From Candidatus Thalassarchaeaceae archaeon (GTDB lineage Archaea; Thermoplasmatota; Poseidoniia; Poseidoniales; Thalassarchaeaceae), in assembly GCA_965660655.1 (NCBI GenBank), contig CBFIAW010000001.1, positions 1 to 50,434 of the forward strand: 50,434 nt of DNA, in the 5' to 3' direction. Position numbers and translations under genes: made by a program. Under the pieces are notes generated by a model. It was not told the origin of the DNA and searched no databases. It saw only the letters and a program-made list of their open reading frames with translations. Positions within the stretch are counted from its first letter, which is position 1. The number at the start of each line of letters is the position of its first letter. Positions 40,218 through 48,317 of this stretch are shown piece by piece.

Positions 40218-42425
40218 GTGCCTTCGGACTTGCAAAGCCCGGTGGCAAATCAAATGACAATGGCAGCACATGATGCCTCCGCCAGATGGAGGACCTTCCT
40301 CGAGGAGGCCAAGGAAACAGAGGTTATGACTCTGCTTTCCAGACAGTCAAATTTCCCATTCCTCTCGATTCCCTTCCACGAACTGCAGACCTTCGATCCA
40401 GACTTCGCAGAGGACGTACTGCAGTATCCGAAGCAGATTCTCTCTGCTGGCTCCAAGACTCTAATGGAGATTTGCCGAGAAAGAGGGGAAGAAATAGACG
40501 CATTGCTCCGCGTGGGGGAACTCCCGGGCGACACTCGCATGCCTTTGCGAGAGATTGGCAGCTCAGACATAGACAAACTGCGCAGTGTAGACGTAATCGT
40601 AACGAAGATATCAGAGATAAAGCCAAGGATTCACAGGGCGGTTTTCAAGTGCGAGTCATGTGGTCATGATGTAGAAATCGACCAGCAAAACGAGAGGGAG
40701 CTAAAGGAACCACTCAGCTGCCCCCAGTCGATGGGGGGTTGTGGCAGCTCCAAACCACAAACCAGGTTCGATTTGGTACTTCTAAGCTCTAGGATGGTTA
40801 ACAACCAATGGATTGAGATTCAAGAGCAACCCGAATACGTCCCCAGCGGCGCCCAGCCAAGGAGGGGCATGGTTCTGATAGAGGGTGACCAAGTCAACAA
40901 GCACCTCCCCGGCGAGAGGATAACAGCGAACGTAATCCCTGTCGTCCGTAGCGAGGTTAGGAACCGAAAGAAGACCCCAATGTTCGACGTGATCTTCCAT
41001 TTGATCAGCTCAGAGCATGAGAGTACTCCTTTCACTGAGATTTCGATAGACGAGGAAGATAGTGATAGGATCCTAGAGGTGTCAAAAAGAGACGACCTGA
41101 TGTTTCTCATTCAGCGATCGATAGCCCCATCCATCTTCGCAACGGGTATCCTAGGACACGTGAAGCGTTCACTCGCCCTGCAACTCTTCGGAGGCGTGTC
41201 TCGAAGGTTGGATGACAAGACCAGGTCCAGAGGGGACATCCATATCCTCCTAATGGGCGACCCTGGAGTCGCCAAGTCACAACTCCTCTCTTTCATCTCT
41301 GAGCTTTCACCAAGAGGGAGGTTCGCTACAGGAGGAGGCGTCTCAGGTGCAGGACTAACTGCTGCTGCGGTGCGTGATGCCTTCGGGGACGGGAGGTTCG
41401 CTCTGGAGGCCGGGGTACTCCCTCTCTCTGACAGGGGACTAGCTGCAATTGATGAGTTCGACAAGATCTCCACAGAAGATAGGAGGATGATGCACCCTGC
41501 CATGGAGCAGCAGCAGGTCCATGTTGCAAAGGGTGGAATTACCGCCACTCTTCATTCCAGATGCGCTATCCTTGCCGCTGCTAACCCAAAGGACGGGCGA
41601 TTCAGCAAGAGAGGCCCACACCAGAGTGTAATGAGGTCATTCCAGGAGACGGATCTACCTGCACCCCTAGCCTCCAGATTCGACATTATCTGGATGATCA
41701 GGGACGAGGTGAGGATACATGACGACGAGAAGATAGCCAGACACATCCTCGACAACAGGACTTCTGGGAAGAGCGAGACCCTAATGGAGAACTCAATTGA
41801 TTTGGGCAAAGAGATCCTCGAAGAAGTATCACACCTGGTCACCTCGGAGAAGGGGGAAGACCACCTCACCCAGAATTTCCTGAGGAAGTACATCGCATTC
41901 GCAAAGAGAAACATCCATCCCCAATTGGATGATGAGGCTAAGAATGCCATCCTCAAGTACTACACCGAGGAGAGGCAATCTTTCGGAAGGGAGGACCAAA
42001 GTGCCTCACAATACGAGTCCGATCAGGGCAAGGACACGATCATCCCCATCACTGCCAGAGCTTTGGAGGCGCTCATCCGTCTCACGGAGGCTCATGCTCG
42101 AATGCACCTCCAGGAAGTCGCCACAGTCGAAAACGCCAACGTGGCACTAGCAGTTTTCAGGCACTGGCGGGAGGAGTCTGGAATCGAAGACGAATCAGAG
42201 CTACATTCGGGAGTTTCCGTAAGGGCCCGTTCAAACAACTCGGCGATAATGAACATAGTCAGGGACCTTTGCTCCGAGAAGGGGGAGGCAGATTTGGTCG
42301 AAATCTACAATCTCTCACTTCCGAGGAAGATATCTGAGGACGAGGTCAACCGAGTTGTTAGCAAGATGCTCCAAAACGGAGAGTTGTTCGAATCATCGAC
42401 CGATAAATATCGATTCGCCCGCTGA
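40218..42425 (+). CDS. mcm: Replicative helicase MCM
   Basis: Zinc motif CESCGH...CPQSMGGCGS, Walker A GDPGVAKSQLL, Walker B AAIDEFDK, arginine-finger region SRFDIIWMI, and a C-terminal winged-helix-like tail. No intein. The true start is probably ATG 40254 or 40260 rather than GTG 40218. Confidence 0.93.
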   Translation: MPSDLQSPVANQMTMAAHDASARWRTFLEEAKETEVMTLLSRQSNFPFLSIPFHELQTFDPDFAEDVLQYPKQILSAGSKTLMEICRERGEEIDALLRVGELPGDTRMPLREIGSSDIDKLRSVDVIVTKISEIKPRIHRAVFKCESCGHDVEIDQQNERELKEPLSCPQSMGGCGSSKPQTRFDLVLLSSRMVNNQWIEIQEQPEYVPSGAQPRRGMVLIEGDQVNKHLPGERITANVIPVVRSEVRNRKKTPMFDVIFHLISSEHESTPFTEISIDEEDSDRILEVSKRDDLMFLIQRSIAPSIFATGILGHVKRSLALQLFGGVSRRLDDKTRSRGDIHILLMGDPGVAKSQLLSFISELSPRGRFATGGGVSGAGLTAAAVRDAFGDGRFALEAGVLPLSDRGLAAIDEFDKISTEDRRMMHPAMEQQQVHVAKGGITATLHSRCAILAAANPKDGRFSKRGPHQSVMRSFQETDLPAPLASRFDIIWMIRDEVRIHDDEKIARHILDNRTSGKSETLMENSIDLGKEILEEVSHLVTSEKGEDHLTQNFLRKYIAFAKRNIHPQLDDEAKNAILKYYTEERQSFGREDQSASQYESDQGKDTIIPITARALEALIRLTEAHARMHLQEVATVENANVALAVFRHWREESGIEDESELHSGVSVRARSNNSAIMNIVRDLCSEKGEADLVEIYNLSLPRKISEDEVNRVVSKMLQNGELFESSTDKYRFAR

Positions 42426-42454
42426 CCCTATGAGCCCGAACCCCTTCCTAGGTA

Positions 42455-44491
42455 ATGCAAATGGAGCCAATCGGAGACATCACCAACCCCGAGGCACTTG
42501 ACCCGGTCTCTCTGGGATTCATGTGCGGTCTCGAGATTCATCAGCAATTGGCCACTGCAAAACTCCACTCCAGAATGCCAAGCAAGCTCTATGAGTACAA
42601 GTCGGAGGACATTCCTTCCGACTGGCCCAGATCAACTAGGAGACTGAGAGCGTCACAGGGAGAGGGCGGGGAGACAGATGTGGCAGCCAGGTTCGAGCAG
42701 AGAAGGAATCGAACCTTCGAGTACGTCCAACCCCCGAATGCCGGACTAATTGAGCTAGACGAATCCCCTCCCAGAGACCACGAACCAGAAGCTGTTGACG
42801 TAGTTCTAACTATGGCAGCACTAATGGATGCAAAACCCATCCCAAACCTTCAGGCAATGCGGAAGACAGTTGTAGACGGTTCCAATACCAGCGGCTTCCA
42901 GAGGACAACGATAGTAGCGACTGGTGGAAAGATTGTGGCAGACTCTAGCCAAGTGGGGATAGACATAATTTCTCTTGAGGAGGACTCGGCTAGGAAGCTG
43001 GAGACAAAGAGAAGTGAATTGGGAGAGACAGTCGTCTACAACCTAGACAGGCTGGGAGTACCTCTAGTGGAGGTCGCAACCGCCCCCGATGTCCGTTCAC
43101 CAGAACACGCAAAGGACACCGCATTGGCTCTTGGTAGATTGCTTAGGGACACTCGCAGAGTCAGAAGGGGGCTTGGATCCATCAGGCAGGATCTCAATGT
43201 CAGCATTGCATGTGGTGACAGAGTCGAGATCAAGGGGTGCCAGGATCTGGATTGGATCCCTCGAATAATCCGCCTTGAAATGGCCCGCCAACTGCACTTC
43301 TACCGCCTAGCCAATGAACTTCGGAGCGCAGCATCTCTCCCACTGCTCCCCCCAGACAGAGAAATGGACTCCAAGCCTGTCGAGAACCGCGTCCATCTTG
43401 CCGCATCGAACAGGATACAATTGGATATCCACGAACTCACCGAGATATTCTCAGAATGCGAATCAGAGATGGTTTTGTCGTCGCTAGAGGCAGGGTCTTC
43501 CGTGCTCGGCGTCCCCCTGCCGGGATTCTCAGGCCATCTGGGAAAGAAGACAACCGATGAAAACGAGACCCAACTTCCAAGACTAGGCAGAGAACTGGCG
43601 AGTGCCGCCAAACTGGCTGGTGTGACTGGAATCTTCCACTCCGACGAACTCCCTGCGTACGGGATTTCAGCACCCGAAGTCGACTCTGTCAGAAGCGCGC
43701 TATCGCTTTCCGAACAGGATGCCTTCGTGCTGTGCGTCGCCCCTGGTTGGCAGGGAGAATTGGCACTGGAGTCCGTGGTTTATAGAGCTAGGATGGCTTT
43801 CCACAGAATTCCCCAGGAGGTCAGAAACGTAGTCATTCGGAAGGGTAAACCGGAGGATGGGACCACCACGGCATTGCGCCCCCTACCAGGAGGGGCTAGG
43901 ATGTACCCAGAGACTGACATCCCAGTCTTGGAAATCACCCCCGATAGGTGGAGTTCGATATGTGAAAACCTTCCATTGACAGCCAATGAGAGGAAGGAGC
44001 GACTCAACGTTCTGGAACTATCCACAAATCAGGTGGAGGCGCTTCTGAACGGTGAGATCGACGATCTCCTCTTCCAGGGCATCGAAGGTCCTCTCGAGCT
44101 CCCTCCGAAAGCCTGGGCCAGTGCTCTATTGGAGACTGGAACCGACAAGCCAAACGCCTTGGCAGCTTCAGTGCACCTGCGTGAACAGGGCATGCTGACC
44201 AGGGAAGGCGCTGAGACTCTGCTGATGGAATCGGCTGACGCTCCCCTCGATGAGCTGGTGTCATGGATGTCTTCCGAATCTGAGTCTCGAGGCTTCGTCC
44301 CTGCTGACACATCTTCGATAGAGGAAGCGGTGGATGCAGTTCTCAGCGAAAGGGCCGACTTCATCGAAGAGCGGGGGATGGGTGCAGTGGGACCTCTGAT
44401 GGGGATGGTAATGCAGAAACTCGGTGGTTCGGCCGATGGGAAGGCGGTGAGCCAGATTCTGAGAGACAGAATAAATGAGAAGATTGGGTGA
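42455..44491 (+). CDS. gatE: Glutamyl-tRNA(Gln) amidotransferase subunit E
   Basis: 678-aa ORF. GLEIHQQL, an inserted AspRS-like domain and a C-terminal GatB/YqeY-like domain (...GPLMGMVMQKLGG.ADGK) are typical of archaeal GatE. The second ATG (42461) has better SD spacing. Confidence 0.9.
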   Translation: MQMEPIGDITNPEALDPVSLGFMCGLEIHQQLATAKLHSRMPSKLYEYKSEDIPSDWPRSTRRLRASQGEGGETDVAARFEQRRNRTFEYVQPPNAGLIELDESPPRDHEPEAVDVVLTMAALMDAKPIPNLQAMRKTVVDGSNTSGFQRTTIVATGGKIVADSSQVGIDIISLEEDSARKLETKRSELGETVVYNLDRLGVPLVEVATAPDVRSPEHAKDTALALGRLLRDTRRVRRGLGSIRQDLNVSIACGDRVEIKGCQDLDWIPRIIRLEMARQLHFYRLANELRSAASLPLLPPDREMDSKPVENRVHLAASNRIQLDIHELTEIFSECESEMVLSSLEAGSSVLGVPLPGFSGHLGKKTTDENETQLPRLGRELASAAKLAGVTGIFHSDELPAYGISAPEVDSVRSALSLSEQDAFVLCVAPGWQGELALESVVYRARMAFHRIPQEVRNVVIRKGKPEDGTTTALRPLPGGARMYPETDIPVLEITPDRWSSICENLPLTANERKERLNVLELSTNQVEALLNGEIDDLLFQGIEGPLELPPKAWASALLETGTDKPNALAASVHLREQGMLTREGAETLLMESADAPLDELVSWMSSESESRGFVPADTSSIEEAVDAVLSERADFIEERGMGAVGPLMGMVMQKLGGSADGKAVSQILRDRINEKIG

Positions 44492-44540
44492 TGGTGGGAG
44501 GAAGTACCTTGATAGGCCAATTTCAGTACCATCAAAACCC

Positions 44541-45095
44541 ATGTCAGATATCCTGAAACCAGCATCGGTTGTGGCATTGCTTACACTGGTAATTCTCGCT
44601 CCATCGATTCAGGATGTGCTGACAGACGAGGCATACAAATACGTCGATGATAGCGAGTCTGCTCATGATGGCCTCCCGGTGGAATGGGAGAATAAGCAAG
44701 TGATCTGCGTGTTCTTCCCAGCAGACACCCCTCAAGGGGAGGAGTTTTCAAAGGGGGTCACCATGATTGATGCCGATGGAGTTGAGTTGGGCGAGAATCA
44801 GAATCTCAATGGGACAGGGGCCTGCGTAGGTGGTTTCGAGGGATACTCAAATGGCTTGGATTTCATGATGGACTCAACGAGATCAGCGAGAGGCACTCTG
44901 TCCGTTGGTTACGATGTCGGACAATGGGGTCATTACGTCCATACCATAGGCGGACTGAATGCAGACGCCATGAAAGGAGACTTCAATGGGGCATATTGGA
45001 ATCTAGATCACAATGGTGGTGTGTCGATGGTAGGCATTGGGGACTTGGTAATGTCAGAGGGAGATGTCATCTCATGGAGCATCGAGACTTGGTAG
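44541..45095 (+). CDS. Secreted/anchored DUF4430-domain protein (transcobalamin-like beta domain)
   Basis: N-terminal hydrophobic segment ASVVALLTLVILAPS. C-terminal GHYVHTIGGLNAD...GAYWNLDHNGGVSMVGIGDLVMSEGDVISWSIETW matches the DUF4430 pattern (G.fv.sInG...yW.y.vNg...g...y.l.dGD.i.w). The track start 44475 overlaps gatE, so ATG 44541 is preferred. Confidence 0.7.
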   Translation: MSDILKPASVVALLTLVILAPSIQDVLTDEAYKYVDDSESAHDGLPVEWENKQVICVFFPADTPQGEEFSKGVTMIDADGVELGENQNLNGTGACVGGFEGYSNGLDFMMDSTRSARGTLSVGYDVGQWGHYVHTIGGLNADAMKGDFNGAYWNLDHNGGVSMVGIGDLVMSEGDVISWSIETW

Positions 45096-45147
45096 ACATT
45101 CGCAACCATGAAGTGATGAGGGGCAGGCAGAGGAACGGGGCGAATCG

Positions 45148-45801
45148 ATGTACGACTTCCACAATGTTGCTCTTTCCCCAAACCAATCACTTTTCCTCAA
45201 TGTTGCAGTCCTGTCGATAATCGTTCTATCATTGATTAGGAGCGAGCGCTCATTGAGGGATCAGAGTCAATGGGGGATGCTCGTTCTGCTCGCAGTCTTC
45301 GGAGTCTCTGGTAGAATTCTCCTGGACCCAATTCCAAATGTTCAACCGGTAACGGTACTGGTTCTCTTGGCAGGGGCCTATTACGGGGCCCCCCGTGCTC
45401 TCGCACTCGCTGCAACCATTGCATTGGCATCAAACGTAATTTCCATGGGTCACGGCCCTTGGACTCTGTTCCAGGCAATCGGGTGGGGAGCAATCGGCCT
45501 CGTTGGCGCAAACCTGTCGAATCACATTATCGTGAGTGGGAGAATCAGAATCGGCCTGCTAGCCATAATCGCAGCTGCATCCGGATTGGCTTTCAACTGG
45601 TTCGTTTCACTAAGCATCCTGTTCGAAGCCGACTCCTCCATGTTGGTCCCCTACTTGTTGAATGGTCTGGTTTTCGACTTGTATCACGCAGCGGGGAACG
45701 TAGTGTTCGTAGCATGGATGGCCTCTCCGCTAGGGGAAATGATGGCCAGACATCGAACTCCCCCAGCATTCGAATTGGTGAGAGAAGGTGCCCCCAACTG
45801 A
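45148..45801 (+). CDS. ECF-transporter S-component-like membrane protein
   Basis: 217-aa ORF with about 6 TM segments. GRILLDPIPNVQPVTVLVLLAGAYYG resembles the conserved loop and helix of solitary ECF S components that are commonly paired with DUF4430 genes. Confidence 0.55.
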   Translation: MYDFHNVALSPNQSLFLNVAVLSIIVLSLIRSERSLRDQSQWGMLVLLAVFGVSGRILLDPIPNVQPVTVLVLLAGAYYGAPRALALAATIALASNVISMGHGPWTLFQAIGWGAIGLVGANLSNHIIVSGRIRIGLLAIIAAASGLAFNWFVSLSILFEADSSMLVPYLLNGLVFDLYHAAGNVVFVAWMASPLGEMMARHRTPPAFELVREGAPN

Positions 45802-45811
45802 AGAACTTACC

Positions 45812-46156
45812 ATGGTCCTAGTGACTAGGAAGGACTTGCAACTATCGAAGGGGAAACTAGCCGCACAATGCGCTCATGCCTCGGCAGAGTGCGTGCTTTC
45901 GGCAAAAAGAAGCAATCCTAGGTCACTTGACCAGTATCTCAGGGGGGGCGCTAGGAAAATTGTCTGCAAGGTCCCGGACCTAGTCTCACTGAAGCAGGTT
46001 CACTCCAGAGCGAAGAAGGCAGGGCTGGTTTGCCACTTGGTTACCGACGCTGGCCATACCGAGATCCCCCCCGGAACCGAGACAGTGGTCGGAATCGGAC
46101 CGGGTCCCAGAGAGAAAATCGACAAGATCACCGGCCAACTGTCACTGGTTAGCTAG
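45812..46156 (+). CDS. pth2: Peptidyl-tRNA hydrolase, archaeal type (Pth2)
   Basis: MVLVTRKDLQLSKGKLAAQCAHAS...VTDAGHTEIPPGTETVVGIGP is the PTH2 signature. ATG 45812 avoids overlap with the upstream gene. Confidence 0.9.
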   Translation: MVLVTRKDLQLSKGKLAAQCAHASAECVLSAKRSNPRSLDQYLRGGARKIVCKVPDLVSLKQVHSRAKKAGLVCHLVTDAGHTEIPPGTETVVGIGPGPREKIDKITGQLSLVS

Positions 46157-46231
46157 CCCCGGGATTTTCGATAGGCAGACAACGGTGCGTTTTGACATAA
46201 GAGTCTTGAGCCAAACCCGCATGCGAGGGAT

Positions 46232-46756
46232 GTGGTGACCCAGACTCCCTTGACAGAAGAGGTTCGTACCACCCTTCTATCCCGGTGCGATGGTCTCCGG
46301 GACCTCACCAGCTGGCTCGACGGCCTAGATAGACGGCCCGGTCTAGACGAACTAGATTCGAGGCTATCGTCTCTGGAGCTTAATGTCGGAGCACTGGAGG
46401 ATTGCATCGGCTACACCGAGGATGGATATCAGAGGAACGTGATCAAGAAGAACGAGCACTACGAGCTAGTGGCCATTTGCTGGAAACCGGGGCAGAACAC
46501 CCCAATCCACGACCACATGGGGAGCGACTGCGCATTCTTGATCGCCTCTGGCGTAACCACTGAGACGATTTACGAGACCAATCAGGAAGGCCTTGCTTTC
46601 CCCGTATCGGACAGGAGATACCTGTCAGGGGAGGTTTGTGCTGCTGCTGAGCCAGACATCCACCGAGTATCGAACGAGGAGAGCACCAACCTGATCAATC
46701 TGCACGTCTACACGCCTCCACTAAGCGAGTTCCAGATATACGCACCGGTCGAGTAA
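46232..46756 (+). CDS. Cysteine dioxygenase type I-like cupin (thiol dioxygenase)
   Basis: ICWKPGQNTPIHDHMGSDCAFLIASG ... PDIHRVSNEE...INLHVYTPP matches the CDO_I metal-binding His pattern and the conserved SLHxYSPP-like C-terminal motif. GTG start. Confidence 0.8.
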   Translation: MVTQTPLTEEVRTTLLSRCDGLRDLTSWLDGLDRRPGLDELDSRLSSLELNVGALEDCIGYTEDGYQRNVIKKNEHYELVAICWKPGQNTPIHDHMGSDCAFLIASGVTTETIYETNQEGLAFPVSDRRYLSGEVCAAAEPDIHRVSNEESTNLINLHVYTPPLSEFQIYAPVE

Positions 46757-48277
46757 TCAGCGTCCTCTTTCGTGCATCAGCTGCGTTGCCTGTTGCACCC
46801 ACATCATCTTGGTGACCCTGCCCGGTGTGAACTCCATCGCGTCATTGACGACTTCTGCAGTGACCGGGTCCATCTTGGAGATCTGATCGTAGGTGTGTAT
46901 TCCCAAAACGTTCAATTTCTTCTGGGCGAATTCGTCAAGACCTTGGATCCTGGACAGATCATCCGGCCTCTGGCCCTCCGCCTCTCCTATCTGGGCCCAG
47001 TTAACCTGAACCGCCTTTAGGCCGACTCTTTCCAAGATCAAATCTTCTCTGTCCATTATATTGGCCTTAAGATTCAATTCAGCATGAGCAGCTTCCCTCT
47101 CTGCCTTCATGGCTGCTGTCTCCACACCGACAAGAGCCTGCTCCTTGCCCTTCATTTCGCTCTGAAGCTTAACTATCTCCTGATGGACCTCTTCAGCCTT
47201 CTTAGCTGTCTCAGACTTGAACTTGTTACTGTCTTCTATCTCTTGCTGGACCTTCAGCTTCTGCTCTTCCGCCTTCTTCGCCTCTTCTTCGACTACGGCT
47301 ATTTCCTTCACCTTGGCCTTCACTTCCTTCTCTAGAACCTTGGCCGCAGCCATCTCGGTCTTCATCTGATCCTTGACGTCCTTGAGGGCACCCTTTGCCT
47401 CCACTGCATCTGCTTTGGAGGCTTCCAGGGCTTCCTGCTTCTTCGCCATAGTGGATTCCATCTTCGCCTCAGCCTGCTCACGCTTGGCCCTGAATGCCTC
47501 TAGCTGCTCTTCCGCCTTCGACTTCGCTTTGCCCGATGCCTTGATCTGCTTCTCGGCGACCTTTCTCTCCATCTTCGCCTTCATCAGCTCTGCCTCTGCC
47601 TTTGCGGCGGCCTTGCCTTCCTTGGCGACCTCGGACCCTAGCTTCTTCGCCTCGGTCATTGCATCCTTCGCCTCTTTCCCAAACTCCTTGGCAGCAGCAG
47701 ACTCAGTCTTCACCTTCTCCTTCAGTTCGGCTTCTTTGGCCTTGAGCTCTTCCGGGGATAGCTTCGAAGACTTCTGTAGATCATCGAGAGCCTTCTTCGC
47801 GGCTTCGGCCTGCTTCTCAGCAGCGATCCTTCCAGCCTCAGCCTTCATCGCCTCCACCTCAGCCTTTGCTACCGCCTTCGCCTCTTTCGCCGCGGCCTTG
47901 GCATCCCCAAGTTGCGCCTTCTTTGCCGCCTTCAACTCGGCCTGAGCAGCAGATGCATCGGCCTTCGCCTTCGCCTCCGCAGCCTTCGCTTCCTTCGGAT
48001 CCGCTGGAGCCTTCTTTGCCTTCGCCTTCTTCTTCACTGGCTCCGGTGCAGCCTCTGGCTCCGGTGCAGCCTCTGGCTCCGGTGCAGTGGCCTTCTTAGT
48101 GACCTTCCCATACTTCTTCTGTAGCCCCTTGACCATGGTTCCGTAGTTACCCTCGAACTTCTTCAGCAGCTTCGGGATGTTCGTGATTTGCTTAGAACGC
48201 TCTGGTTCTTCCAAGAACTGTTTGTATGTTGCTTGCGCCAACTTCGCTGCCTGTTCCGCCGTCGGTCCACTCGCCAC
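46757..48277 (-). CDS. Lys/Ala/Glu-rich coiled-coil protein with one C-terminal HhH-like module (paralogue of the module in 37860..39599)
   Basis: 506-aa ORF with GTG start. A helical N-domain of about 65 aa is followed by an (APEPEA)x3 linker, a KKKAKAKKAP basic tract, about 330 aa of A/K/E heptads, then REDLILERVG...PDDLSRIQGLDEFAQKKLNVLGIHTYDQISKMDPVTAEVVNDAMEFTPGRVTKMMWVQQATQL (nt 46760-47005). Confidence 0.8.
   Translation of the reverse strand: MASGPTAEQAAKLAQATYKQFLEEPERSKQITNIPKLLKKFEGNYGTMVKGLQKKYGKVTKKATAPEPEAAPEPEAAPEPVKKKAKAKKAPADPKEAKAAEAKAKADASAAQAELKAAKKAQLGDAKAAAKEAKAVAKAEVEAMKAEAGRIAAEKQAEAAKKALDDLQKSSKLSPEELKAKEAELKEKVKTESAAAKEFGKEAKDAMTEAKKLGSEVAKEGKAAAKAEAELMKAKMERKVAEKQIKASGKAKSKAEEQLEAFRAKREQAEAKMESTMAKKQEALEASKADAVEAKGALKDVKDQMKTEMAAAKVLEKEVKAKVKEIAVVEEEAKKAEEQKLKVQQEIEDSNKFKSETAKKAEEVHQEIVKLQSEMKGKEQALVGVETAAMKAEREAAHAELNLKANIMDREDLILERVGLKAVQVNWAQIGEAEGQRPDDLSRIQGLDEFAQKKLNVLGIHTYDQISKMDPVTAEVVNDAMEFTPGRVTKMMWVQQATQLMHERGR
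48037..48087 (-). repeat. 18-nt perfect tandem repeat, 2.8 copies, encoding (APEPEA)n
   Basis: The plus strand reads CTGGCTCCGGTGCAGCCT at 48037-48054 and again at 48055-48072, followed by a 15-nt partial copy at 48073-48087. Confidence 0.9.
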
Positions 48278-48317
48278 GGCTCTGGAGACAATCCATCACT
48301 TAAGGATTTGACCGGAT

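Noticed and set aside
40218-44491. Checked MCM and GatE for inteins or frameshifts because both are somewhat long.
   Set aside because: Both frames are continuous, with motifs in normal order and spacing. No intein splice-junction blocks or homing-endonuclease-like inserts were seen.
46480-46500. TTGCTGGAAACCGGGGC inside the CDO gene as a second ORB-like element.
   Set aside because: It lacks the 5' half of the dyad (TCCA) and the spacer before the G-string, and it lies in coding sequence. It is probably coincidental.
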